The notes: generated by a model from the sequence alone, not told the origin. A DNA stretch of 64,000 nt from Octopus vulgaris (GCA_951406725.2 OX597824.1:66340001-66404000), one strand, 5' to 3'. Counted from the stretch's first letter, positions 27,985-39,994 are shown. A program made the numbers and translations.

Positions 27985-28454
27985 ACCCTGAAAAGGGTTA
28001 CAGGGTAAGGTCATTGGTAATAAGAGCAGGGGGCAATGTTACAGGTTTGAATCCATGGGTTAGTGTCACAAGTAGCTTAATAAGTCTAGACTTGGCCCCA
28101 CCCATATATCATATCTTTTAAATGTTGTGATCTACAGCAAATCAAAATTTCAGACTTAAAATTTAGTCAAGCATTAAGAAAGTAGAATGAATGTTCAAAT
28201 ACAAAAGACAGACAGAACTAAATAGAGATGCTGTTGCAGGCAGAAAACAGAAACATTTTGGTTAATTTACTAAACTTCAAACTCTTTCATTAAGCATTAG
28301 GAGACAGATACAAAAAATAAATAAATAAATAAACAGACTGGTTCTCCCATGTATTGAATGATACAGAAAGCATATCTTATAAAGTGAAACAAATTCAACA
28401 GCTTGAAATGCTAAAATGTTACTCACAAAAAAAGTATATATACAAAGACATGTA

Positions 28455-28511
<57 letters not shown>

Positions 28512-28699
28512 TATTTAATTCTGTAGGCTTTGTTATGCTAAAACTGCTAAAGGGGTCTCAATTGTAAATGTATATTTTATCACTAATTATAATACAGCAT
28601 ATGTAACAATCTCATTTTTCCCCAAAAGGATTCTTTTTTTTTTTTTCACTTTTACTTAAGCATATCATTCATGCACAACCCGAGCTTGATGACCCAATA

Positions 28700-28900
28700 A
28701 GAATACCTCTTACTTGTCACCTGACCTGCCAGAAATAGCCAAATCTACCTCAAATTACACCCTATTGTTTAAAAAAAAATGGCATATTGGATATTGTGTT
28801 CTTGATTCTTTGCACACAGGAAATAGATAGGATTGTCACAGCTGGAATGCTTTTGATCATGAGTGTTTGATCAGGGTTGACTTCCTTTAAATGACAACAG
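28700..28900 (+). mobile_element. Representative of the most abundant dispersed repeat (family D, about 200-250 bp, ends in (CAA)n)
   Basis: gtcacctgacctgccagaaatagccaaatctacctcaaattacaccct..ggaatgcttttgatcat..gatcagggttgac..acaac. More than 20 diverged copies occur in both orientations, e.g. near 3300, 17400, 19000, 20450, 21780, 29500, 44800, 46200, 49770, 55430 and 60950. Confidence 0.8.
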
Positions 28901-28981
28901 CCTATATCTGCTAACTCATAGCAGCCAAAGCTTCTTCAACATGTAGTTACCTAAACAATTGCAAAAAACAATGTACATTTT

Positions 28982-29320
28982 TACGGAGATGTACTTGCAT
29001 AGCGAGTGACTTGATCTGAGATTGTGTGCTGGAATGAAAACAATTGCAGCGTGGAAGGTGTTTATAAGCCATTTAAGAAACACACAAAACCGTTAGATTC
29101 ACTTCAACATTTAAATTTAATTTGTCAAAATATTTTCATCGCTTTGAGACTGTGACCTGTCCACTGACAAAACTTCAAGATGCAGTACGAAGTTTTGTTA
29201 GTGAACAGGTCGCGGTCTCAAAGCGACAAAAATATTTTGACAAATTAAATTTAAATGCTGAAGTGAATCTAACGGTTTTGTGTGTTTCTTAAATGTTTTA
29301 TAAACACCTTCCATACTGCA
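28982..29320. mobile_element. Palindromic Penelope-like terminal insertion with variant hammerhead motifs
   Basis: 132-bp inverted arms 29045-29176 and 29189-29320, 12-nt spacer, one-sided 63-nt extension 28982-29044, and exact 12-bp direct repeat aatgtacatttt at 28970-28981 and 29321-29332. Confidence 0.8.
29194..29244 (+). ncRNA. Minimal type I hammerhead-like motif with G3:C8 core (mirror copy on the minus strand in the left arm)
   Basis: Two-arm consensus UUUGUCA-GUGAACA-G-GUCGC-ggucucaaa-GCGAC-GAAA-AUAUUU-UGACAAA gives stem I, stem II and a palindromic stem III. Confidence 0.6.
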
Positions 29321-31504
29321 AATGTACATTTTGTTCATATTCACTTCCCAAACATCTTTACAAAGACTTTTTTTTTTTGTGGCTGTAATATTAAGCAAAC
29401 AAATTTAGTCAACCCTGATAACTGCTGTATATAGCCAGCTCTGACACACGTTGCATTGTTACATGTTGATAAGTGATCATTGCTGTTCAGATCCTAGTCT
29501 AAACAGAACTGTGATCATCTGTAACCATCAGGCAATGTATCTAGGACTATGTTATTCAGAGTCTCCTTCCTTTATTCAAAATGGTAGTATGTGATTTCAG
29601 AGAGATTTTGATGACATTTCTTGTAGATCAAGCAACCTCATAGATGTACCCTTGTTGGCTTATGCTGTTATATAATAAACACTTAAAAAAACATTTTCCA
29701 TGCTAAAGTAGAGATTAGTTTTGCAGATCCTATGACAGTGTTTTCAATGGTATTTATCACAGCTTCCTTTCTGAAGCAGTTTTAAGTTGGATACTCTTTC
29801 TGTTACCACCCATTTTAGCCACTGCTTATGACATGTGAAGATACAGAGTGTTTATTTTAAAACCAAGATACACATTAATTGAAGATATTTTTTTGCACTG
29901 AGATATGAAGATATATATTTATATATGTTGAACTACAATTTCTTCTAATCTGAGACAACATAGGAAAAAACAGATATCAGGAAATCTATGATAGTCTATA
30001 ATTGCAGTTGTCTGTCTTGAAAAAGCTATAGATGCTGAGTGTTCTGGTGATATTTTTCTCCATCCAGTTAATCAGTTGGTGTAATACTCAGGCTAACAAC
30101 CATCTCATAACTGTAACATTGACTCGTGTTCTCCTAGGTTAACAGACAGATATCTCCTACCTGCATGTATGTCATATTTACAAAACTCCTTTATACAACA
30201 GTACTGCACTTTTGGTATGTCAAATTCTAAGTGTAAACTTGCTAAACCAGATGTATTTGGGGAACTGTAAGGGTGCTGAGATACAAACGCAAGCATACTA
30301 TAGATCATCATGACTCATTTTTAGTTATATATGTACAAGTTTGTCAGAGGCAGTGAACACATGATAAGGAACTTACACTGACATACATACATTTTGTCAT
30401 ATTTGCAGTGTAATAGACATACATTTAGATGTTGGGGGACATTATAGGAAGGAAACTATCTTGTGTAATGTTTCTTCTGAGTTTTGGAAATCATTAAAGA
30501 CACAAAAGAAATATACTTGTAGTTATTACCTATATGATAGATATAACAATGAGACATGGTGTCAGAAGTGACTTCAAGTTAATCTAGTGAAAACAGTTTT
30601 ACCACATCCAGAATAAGTTTGGTTAGAACAAGTTATGAAATGGCACTAACTAGCTATGATGTCAACAAACAGAGCTATTTTGGTTGACAATAACCCAGTC
30701 AGTCTCCATACACAGGAACAATTTGTCAATGACACAGCTAATGCTGAGTAGTACATTCAACCACTATGTTCATTTTCCCTATTCATTGGGGTTTGGCAAA
30801 GTCAAATAGCTCCAAAGATTTGAACGCTTTCATTTAGTCTGCAATCTGCTTACAACCACACAAGCGAACTTCATAAACATGCTAATGTACTGTATGGGTG
30901 ACAAAGGGAATAATGTTCCAAGAAGTCTGGATCTATTTAAAATTAAACAACAACAGAAGAATGTGATATATAAAAGGGCATACTTTAGTAAGAGGAAACA
31001 AAGAACTGATGATCAGACACTGTAATGATGGACCATTGTATGATGAACTAATCAAGGATAGGTTGGTGGGTAAGTTTGGAAATGTGCATCTATCAAAGAG
31101 AATACAGCTCAATAAAGACTTCATGCTAGAAAAAAAGTAGTTGGGATGGCTGGATGGACAGATAGAAGCAGGGAAAGAGAGCAACAATGTAACTTGGATA
31201 GAGAAAATATTTAGGGATATGCTCAGTGAGCATAGTTGCTGGTCAAGGGGGAATTAAAATAGAGTGGGACAAAGTGACAGTCAGAGTTGCTAAATGTGGG
31301 TAAAGTGTAATGAGATGTTTTGCCCTGAAGCTGCCGTATTTTAATCAAAATGAAATTAAATTTTGAGCAAGTGTCTTCTACTATAGGTCAGGATTTGAGA
31401 GTAGATTTGCTAGACAGAAACTGAAATAAGCCCACCATATGTATACAAGGCTTTTGTCAGCCATGGGCTATAGAAGACACTTGCTCAAAGTGCCTATCCA
31501 CACT

Positions 31505-31536
<32 letters not shown>

Positions 31537-32281
31537 TGTGTGTGTGCGCCTGTGTGTGTGTGTGCGTGCGCATGTGTGTGTCTGTCTGTGTCTGATCTGT
31601 TTCTTGGAAAAAGAAATAAGAGTTAGTTTCAGGAAGGTCAAGCATAGAAAAGAAACAGACTAAAATATTTAAAAAAATGAAATACACGCACTCATGATTC
31701 AATGAGTACAGCAGCAGTTGTCCCTCCATTGCAAACTGTTTACCAGACGTTTGTGGATGGAGCATCCTACTAAATGTGTTGAGTGCCTTTTTCTTTCGTT
31801 TATCCACTCATATTATATTATATGGATGATAATATTTTCAACTGAGACACTACATCTGTATCTGATTGTTCAAGTGCTTCAATTCTGCTTATGTACATAT
31901 ATTTACTCAATTGCTGACATTTATCAATGGTTTCACCTATTGCTATGATGCACCATTTTCTATCATTAATAGAACTGCCGGCATTTGACATGTTTATGCT
32001 AGTACATAGATAATACATAAATATACATAAACAAATGCATTTGCAGATAAAGGTGTGTGTGTGTGTGCATTCTCAGAGAGAAATAAAATCAAACAGTAAT
32101 ATTTTTTTTTATGTCTCCATTGAGATCTCATTAAGCATTGAGGTGGACACAGATAAAATAAAAGCGAAAGTCCTAAGGGAAAAACTGTAGGTAGAAACAT
32201 TTTGCTCTATGCTTCTGGTGTTCAAAGGAGTGTATGATGTGTTTGTGTGTGCAGAAGAGCAGCAATTTTCACAAAACTCAC

Positions 32282-32463
32282 CTATAGTTCTCATGGTGTC
32301 TGCAACACGACGGACAAATAGTCGTTTTTGGCCTTCGCTTGCCACCAATTAGATAATTTATGCTAACTGTACCTATATCCGACATCAATAATTCTAGAGT
32401 TGTCAGTCTGAATGATGTCAAGACTGAGTTTAAACGCTGTTTTCTTGGAGAAAACATAACCAT
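32282..32463 (-). CDS. Candidate N-terminal coding segment of an unidentified protein (MVMFSPRKQR...CPSCCRHHENY, phase 2); alternative start GACACC-ATG at 32294 (MRTI, phase 1)
   Basis: ORF 32278..32463 stays open exactly up to the GT donor, with its stop inside the donor motif. No recognisable domain. Confidence 0.35.
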
Positions 32464-32612
32464 TAATAACCCAAACTCTCACTTTGATATCTTGAGTTTT
32501 TTATTTTTTTTTATTTTTAGTTTACTGGAGTTAACTAGCCATAATCCAAGTAAATTGGAGGATTCGTTGCCATAGTGATAAATAAGACGAGGGCTTCTTC
32601 ATATGACAAAAT
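32282..32612 (-). other. Probable exon (331 nt) of the minus-strand host gene, likely containing 5' UTR and the start codon
   Basis: Very strong acceptor cttcttcctctctttcaatttatctttctcttttag| at 32613/32612, consensus donor TAG|GTGAGT at 32282/32281, unique sequence, CpGs retained. Confidence 0.7.
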
Positions 32613-33004
32613 CTAAAAGAGAAAGATAAATTGAAAGAGAGGAAGAAGTGGGGGTGGGGAGATAAACAATTAAAATGGAAGAAAAAAATGTCAAAATAAA
32701 AATATTGTTGGGGATATTTACATTTAAGAAATTGTTAATATTTTCTTGCAGTCACACTTGCACAGAGAACAAGATCACACATCAACATGTGTGTGTAAAT
32801 ACATAGATAAATGCATACGCTATCCCAGAATTACTAACAAGGTAAAACAAAACATACTTTAAGAAGATCTCAATTCTGAGTTAGCAACAGTCTTCAACAT
32901 GGTAGTTCTTAACCTGGAGAAGACCCCTTTCCCACCAAGGTAAAGACAAAAGATGATTTATAACTGTACAAAATTATTTTTACTTCATTCCTAACATTCT
33001 TTTG

Positions 33005-33209
33005 TAAGTTTCAGTCATTTCGACTGCAGCCATGCTGGAGCACCACCTTAAAGGGTATTAGTCATGTTAGTCAAAGAAATTGACCTCAGGACTTATTCTT
33101 TGTAAGCCTGGTACTTATTCTATTGGTCATATTTGCCAAACCGCCAAGTTGCAGGGACATAAATACACCCACATCGGTTGTCAAGCAATGGTTAGGGAAC
33201 AAACACAAA

Positions 33210-33245
<36 letters not shown>

Positions 33246-33665
33246 TATATATATGGCAGTCTTCTTTCAGTTTCTTATTTCTTTACTGCCCACAAGGGGC
33301 TACACACAGAGGGGACAAACAAGGACAAAGGGGTTAAGTCGATTATATTGACCCCAGTGCATAACTGGTACTTATTTAATCGACCCTGAAAGGATGAAAG
33401 GCAAAGTCGACCTTGGTGGAATTAGAACTCAGAATGTAGCGGCAGACGAAATACCACTAAGCATTTCGCCTAGCATGCTAAGGATTCTGCCAGCTCACTA
33501 CCTTATTTTCTTTCAGTTTCTGTCTATCAAATTCATTCACAAGGTTTTGGTCTACCTGAGGCTATAGTAAAAGACACTTGTCCAAGGTGCAACACAGTGG
33601 GACTGAACCTGGAACAATGTGGTTGGGAAGCAAGCTTCTTACCACACAGCCATGCCTGCACCTGT
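33005..33665 (-). mobile_element. Family A CORE-SINE interrupted by a nested family B SINE
   Basis: Family A halves at 33005-33275 and 33508-33665 rejoin across the insert. Confidence 0.85.
33276..33507 (-). mobile_element. Young family B SINE with a 14-bp TSD
   Basis: TSD ttctttcagtttct at 33262-33275 and 33508-33521. The intact motif ctggtacttatttaatcgaccctgaaaggatgaaaggcaaagtcgacc retains CpGs. Confidence 0.88.
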
Positions 33666-34123
33666 TATGTGCATTATTAATACATGAAATTGAGATCACA
33701 AATTAATAATTCAGATAATTGGAAAAGTTATTCTGCCTTGGTCTAATCACTAGCAAACCAGCAGACATTTTGACTGGATTGTCAAGGTTGTTACAATCTA
33801 TAGCTTTCACATTAAAACACAAATAGTATAAGAAGGAAATGACAAAATTCGAAGTTTGCCCAAGCTCTAATGATTCTTTTAGTTGGAAAAATATTATTGC
33901 ATGCAAGCAATTATAACAGATGGTTGTTGTTGCAACGTTTTCAGCTATGCTTTCAGATGAGACAATTTTTCTTACTTTTTTTCTTTCTGCATAATAATTG
34001 AGGAATTACTTTGAGGGTTAAGGCAAACATTGACTTAAGAAAGTTCAGAACCACTATTTTAATATTTTCCAAGGAATTTAGCTTGCCTGTCTTCTGGAGA
34101 GCTTTTACTTTTTTAAATGATAT

Positions 34124-34430
34124 GACTCCGTGCTAGTGGCACGTAACAAACACCATCCAATCGTGGCCGTTTGCCAGCCTCGCCTGGCCTCCGTGCCGGT
34201 GGCACGTAAAAAACGCCATCCGAGCGTGGCAGTTCGCCGGCCTCGTCTGGCACATAAAAAGCACCCACTACACTCACGGAGTGGTTGGCGTTAGGAAGGG
34301 CATCCAGCTGTAGAAACACCGCCAGATCTGACTGGCCTGGTGCAGCCTTCAGGCTTCCCAGACCCCAGTTGAACCGTCCAACCCATGCTAGCATGGAAAG
34401 CGGACATTAAACGATAATGATGATGATGAT
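34124..34430 (+). mobile_element. Young GC-rich retroposon 3' end (RTE-type 3' UTR) with internal ~60-bp subrepeats and a (GAT)n tail
   Basis: ccgtgc..gtggcacgtaa is repeated, followed by ggttggcgttaggaagggcatccagctgtagaaac..ccaacccatgctagcatggaaagcggacattaaacgat(gat)n. Older copies of this tail lie near 5320, 7490, 11290, 15580 and 55870. Confidence 0.75.
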
Positions 34431-35240
34431 AGCAAAACAGAAGCAACTATCACACATAACATGTCCAATCTATCCCAGAAGTAACGTTGTGTAGAGTACA
34501 AGGTCCCTATGTGTCACAGTGTCTCATCCAACATCCCCTATCTATTACACTGCTTCCTTACATAACATCTTAAGTACTGGGGTTGATTTGTTTGGCTGAA
34601 ACCCTTCAAATGTGGTGCCCCAGAATGGCAGCAGTTCAATTATTGAAACCAGTAAGAGAGAAAAACTATAAAATTAGAAGTTAACCTAAGAATCCATTGA
34701 ATTAAAACTAGAATATTGTGTGAAAGTGAGAGAGAATAAAGAAGAGCTGAAATAGAGAACAGGTGAATAACAGAATTAATTTGATATTTTAAAGTAGAGG
34801 TGTACATTTCTCACACTGAGTAATTATATATGCAAGAAAGTAAATTGAAAGCATATCAAATGAAGAAGGAAACCTGGACTTCTGTATTAGTTTTAAAGTC
34901 TAGAATATTTACTGACAGAACAGCTAATCAAATATCTGTTTGGCAAATAAATGCAACTCATCGGTTCTAAATCTGCACTGCATAGCCTTATTGAAGGGGA
35001 TATAGTACTCCTCACCATCCCTTTTCCATAACTACACCATCTCACCTCTCACGACGTTCTCTTCCTTTTTTTCCCGTTGTTGCATGTCTTAACTAAAGGG
35101 AAATCAAATTGAGATTGAACATAATGATGCGTTGCGTTGCGTTGTAATTGACAGAATATGTAAGACGAAATACATACAAAAAGAGGTTGGTTCGTAGAAG
35201 AAGGGGGTTAGGGAAGAAAGGTTTTTATTGCTACAGTAAG

Positions 35241-35800
35241 GAAATACGTCTGGAGCGAAGCATGTTTGAGGGAGACACGTCTGAATGATATACATCTGAC
35301 AGAACTATGGTTGAAAGAATTACGTTTGAAAGAGAGGTATGCATCTGAAGGAAGTGCGTTTGAAAGAGATGCGTGCATCTGAAGAAAGTACGTTCGAAAG
35401 AGATGCGGGCATCTAAGAGAAGTACGTTTGAAAGAGATGCGGGCATCTAAGAGAAGTACGTTTGAAAGAGATGCGGGCATCTGAAGGAAGTACGTTCGAA
35501 AGAGATGCGGGCATCTAACAGAAGTACGTTTGAAAGAGATGCGGGCATCTGAAGGAAGTACGTTTGAAAGAGATGCGGGCATCTGAAGGAAGTACGTTTG
35601 AAAGAGATGCGGGCATTTGAAGGAAGTACGTTTGAAAGAGATGCGTGCATCTGAAGGAAGCGCGTTCGAAAAAGATGCTGGCATCTGAAGGAAGTATGTT
35701 TGAAAGAGATGTATCTGAAGTACGTACGTTTGAAAAAAATGTATCTGAAGTACGTACGTTGGAAAGTGATGCGTGCATCAAAAGGAAGGAGTTTGAAAGA
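35241..35800. repeat. Minisatellite, 34-bp unit GCATCTGAAGGAAGTACGTTTGAAAGAGATGCGG
   Basis: Unit starts every 34 bp from 35341 to 35681, then at 35711 and 35741 (30-bp spacing) and 35775. Degenerate ~15-bp monomers lie at 35241-35335. Confidence 0.95.
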
Positions 35801-36668
35801 AGTTCGAATGTCTTGCGAAATGAAGTATGACAACAATATACTGTTATAACAACAAACCTTGGGTTACGTGATTTTGACTAAGTTCTCTTACGGTCCAAAT
35901 AACTGAAAACAGTTTGAAAAGTTATCAACAAAAAAAACTGAAAACAAAACTTAGAGACAACAAATTAGCACGTACCGATAATCAATCAAAGGGTTTTGAA
36001 GACAGCAATGTAGATGCATAATGGTATGTCATAGTAGTAGTGGTAGTAGTATAAATCTACCGTACCAGAAAACAAGTGGGGCATCACCTTAGCCGTGACA
36101 CAACTATACTGGCGAGTGGCCAGTAAACAATGAATGCAATTATAAGTTATATAACAATTATTTTGAACGAAGCGCCGGCTTTTCGACAAGAGGATTTGAT
36201 GCAGAGTTTATAAAGCCAAGGATAGCTTATTGATTGGTAATTGATTCAAAAAGATGTTGTTGCTGGTGTTATTAAGTAAAGCAATTTAGCTACTACTTAC
36301 AGCAGCAATCCACAAAATAAAAATAAACCCTCAGGTAAACACACGTACGCACGAACACACACATATCCACACACCCTCGACATACATCAGGATTGATTGA
36401 TCACTTTGGAATTACAACATTGACAGTAACCCAAAATACAACAATGCTGCTGATGATAACTAAACCCATGAAATAAGCCTCTCTCGTAGTCGCTCGACCT
36501 GCCAGAAATAGTAGCCAAATCTCCGCCAGATAATTTTCCTATTGGCTTAATAAAGAATAAAGGAAAAAGAAACAAATAACACATTAGATAATGTGGTTCA
36601 AAATCAGCTATGAGTAAACTGCGGCTCACAGGACTTTCTGAATGGAACACCAACAAAACAAAAATTAC

Positions 36669-36900
36669 CTTCAAGCTTCTTTTAGTAGGGCGGCTCGCCT
36701 GGAGATGTCTCATGCGGCCTGCTTCTCTAAATACCCAATGTCGGGGAAAAAAGTACCGGATGGTCGCAACCACTGCTCAGGAGCTAATTGACAACAACCT
36801 CTACAGGAACGCATATTGCCTCGACTCTAATCGTCTGTCAACATTTATAGCATCCCAAATATATCGGGTACATTCAGCATGTCAAGGACACCAACCCGGG
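36669..36900 (-). other. Candidate first (mostly 5' UTR) exon; 5' end not defined
   Basis: GC/CpG-rich unique sequence ending in donor AAG|GTAATT at 36669/36668, 4 kb upstream of the strong acceptor at 32612. Confidence 0.5.
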
Positions 36901-38910
36901 TAAACAAAAGGGAAGAAAATGTCAAGAAATAAAAATTAAATTTACTGAAATAACTAATCTTATCTCTTTCTAAGAAAGGATCAGAAGAAGGGAGTGAGTA
37001 GCACTGACGATTACATCGATGGCAGAGGCGACGTTAAGACGATTGTGGTGGAGGAGGCGATTATAACGAAGGTGCTTACGATGACACAATAATGATAGTG
37101 GCGGGTAGCGATTGCGATGATGGTGGTGGCAGCGAAGATTACAACGGCGATAATGATAGCGATAATGGCTATGATGATAGTAACAGTAAATAAGAGGGAG
37201 GATGTGGTTATAATCACTACTGTCTGTATATAAATATACGCGTAATTATATACTCACTAAAACCAACAAACATCTTTTTGTCCATCAACATTGACAAATA
37301 AAAATGACAAGACAAGACATCAGGCAACTTTTGTTCGAATTCATTCAAGTATATTTAACTAAATTTCTTAAGAAGCTTGACGCTGAGATTTCTCTAGGAT
37401 GGCTACAGGCAATTTTTAGGCCTTAATAGTATTCATAGTTATGCATATTTTTGTAAGTATATACTTATTGTACGTGCAACGTAAGTATGCACATACAACT
37501 TATGTACGTACAATGTATGTATTATGTATTACATAGGTACGAACGATATATGTCTATATGATGTACATATGTATGTACGTGTATCTTTGCGCCTATGTAT
37601 TTGCCTAAGTTAGACTCAACTATATATAAACGAACAAATTTTTTTTTTTAAATGGAGATATTTTCAAAATAGATATATCTCAGAAATTTAAGAGTGAACT
37701 TCAAAAATAAAAATTTCTTTGCAGTTTATCTAGAATTTACTAGGAAAAAAATGCAATTACTATATGGCTTAAATTGTGATGATGAAAACTACAGCATGGT
37801 GGTGACAAAACAGTGAAGTCAGTGAAAACTGTAACAAAAAAACATTGAGGCAAGTACGAGGTGTGACACACTTCGATTTCAGCAAACAAAAGAAGATCTA
37901 TTTGACACGGGTTAATGTAGTCCTAAATGCACTATGAGAGGAGGGGGTAAAAAAAAAATAGGCTGGCAATGGTTGGAACATTTCTGACCATAAGTTTGCT
38001 TCATTTGGTGTTCTGACTAAAGCTAAGGCAAATTCTCAATCCAGACAAACTAGGATTAATTTCCAGTCCTTTCACAAATTGCAACATAATTCCAATCATA
38101 TGAGTTGTGACAAATACTTACTCCTATTGCAAACTATGACAAACCCTTATTCCTATCACAAGCTATGACAAATCTTCAACTTGGGACTGGTGTCAGGGTA
38201 TTCAAACACCTAAACCAGCCCAACAGTGTGTACAATTCCTTCTGCTAGCCCTACAGTGTGCACCCACTTTGATAATCCCTCCAACCGTCACCCCTTCTTG
38301 CACCAGCTAGAAAGAAGAATACAGTCAAGAAATTATAATCAACTTGCTAGCAAGAAAATTGTAGTTTTATGATTGCAGATATAATCCAAGAAACCTGTTT
38401 CCTGGAAAAATTTAAGTTGTTTCACACTAAATCATATGCAAAAAAACCCTCGTTTCCCCTCACCTCTGTCCTCCCCTATTCTATCCTAGGAGTGACCACA
38501 CCAGCTTTATTTATAATTTTTATTATTTTTTGTTTTTTTTATGAGGTTTAAGAAATGTTACCTAAGTTACTTAGAATTTGAGTGGTATCTTCCAGATTTT
38601 AATAATTTAGGTAATTGTCTAATTTTTTTAGTACATAGTGCCAGCTCTCTACTACAAGTGCTAACAAATCCTCAGTTCTGCCACAAGCAGTGACAAAACA
38701 TTGTGGTTAACAGAACCTGTGGAAAGTATTAAGAACAACTTTGCCAATCATTATAGATTAGCGTGTGTCTAATTATAGGATGTACAATTTGTAAGACATT
38801 TCAAAATAACAAAAAAAACCTCATTCAAAATCAATAAGTCTAAACCACTTGACCTGATCTTACAGGAAGAAGAAAAGGAATGTCTAATTTAAATTATCTA
38901 TATCTATCTA

Positions 38911-38975
<65 letters not shown>

Positions 38976-39994
38976 GCAACCAAAATATCCTCAGTGCCAA
39001 GAATACATGTGTGCGTGTGTTTAGACATTCTTAGCATTATCCCCACCAATGATATTTGGATTGTCTATAAATATTTAGATTTAAATAAAGGTGGAAAGGA
39101 AAGAGAGAGGAGCGAAAGAAATAAAGATGAGAAAGAGATAGAGAGAGGAGAAATAATGTAAAGAAAAAAAATGAACATAAAAAGGAGAGACGAAGGAAAG
39201 GGAAGAAAATAGAAAAAATGGGGGGAAAGGGAAAACGAATGAAGAGAATAAGAAATAGTAGGAGAAGGAGAGAACATGAGAAAAGTTGTAGGAAAGAAAG
39301 AAAAAAATAGGAAGAATTGCATATTGTTGCCATGGAGATTCAAACAACAACAACAAAATGATAGAAGTCATCTAAGAGTAACAATTTTCTTTTTATCTTT
39401 GGTAATATTTTCCAGTTCACAGGAAGGTGTAATGATAGAAACGATGCTAGAAGATTTGATTGGATAGAATATTAAAGCAGGATGTTCTTATAAGAACAGA
39501 AAATTCTCTGAAATTAAATAGATCAGTCTATCAAATAACTAATCTAATTTTTTCATTTTCCTTTTTTTTTTAATGATTTCTTTTTCTTTCGTTTTTTGTT
39601 TTATTTCATGTTATTAAGAATAGGATGGATGGCTTTTACAAATTTAGTTGCTTGTATATTGCTTGCTCAATTGTTTTTAAAATTGTTTTGAATAGTTGGG
39701 GTGTACTTAATTATTTTTCTACATCAAATCATTCAACTAATAATTAAGTATAGAACCCTTTCAGCCAACTGGGCAGTCAGATTAAAGAAAGCAGTCTCGT
39801 GCCTTGCTCAGAAAAAAAGAATACAGTGACTAGATGAATAAGATTTGAATGCACAGCCATGAAGCCTATAGTTCATCAATATCTTAACTGCAAGAGTATC
39901 ATGAATAAAATTAGTCTGGTGACATGAAGCAGTGACCCGTAAATGAAAACCTTTATTCTTTCAAGACTGAGGAGTGATCAAACTAGTTGAAAGC

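Larger units (their letters stand above)
35040..37620. promoter_or_regulatory. CpG-retaining island, probable promoter region of the minus-strand gene
   Basis: CpG density is visibly higher than in the flanks, including in low-complexity DNA (37010-37200) and in an old family D repeat copy (36475-36530). Confidence 0.6.

Noticed and set aside
35341-35800. CRISPR-like array (34-bp repeats with an internal dyad)
   Set aside because: Units are head-to-tail with no unique spacers, there are no cas genes, and the context is eukaryotic; it is a minisatellite.
36610-36903. 97-aa plus-strand ORF in the CpG island
   Set aside because: No recognisable domain or splice support on +; better explained as the antisense of a GC-richer minus-strand exon.
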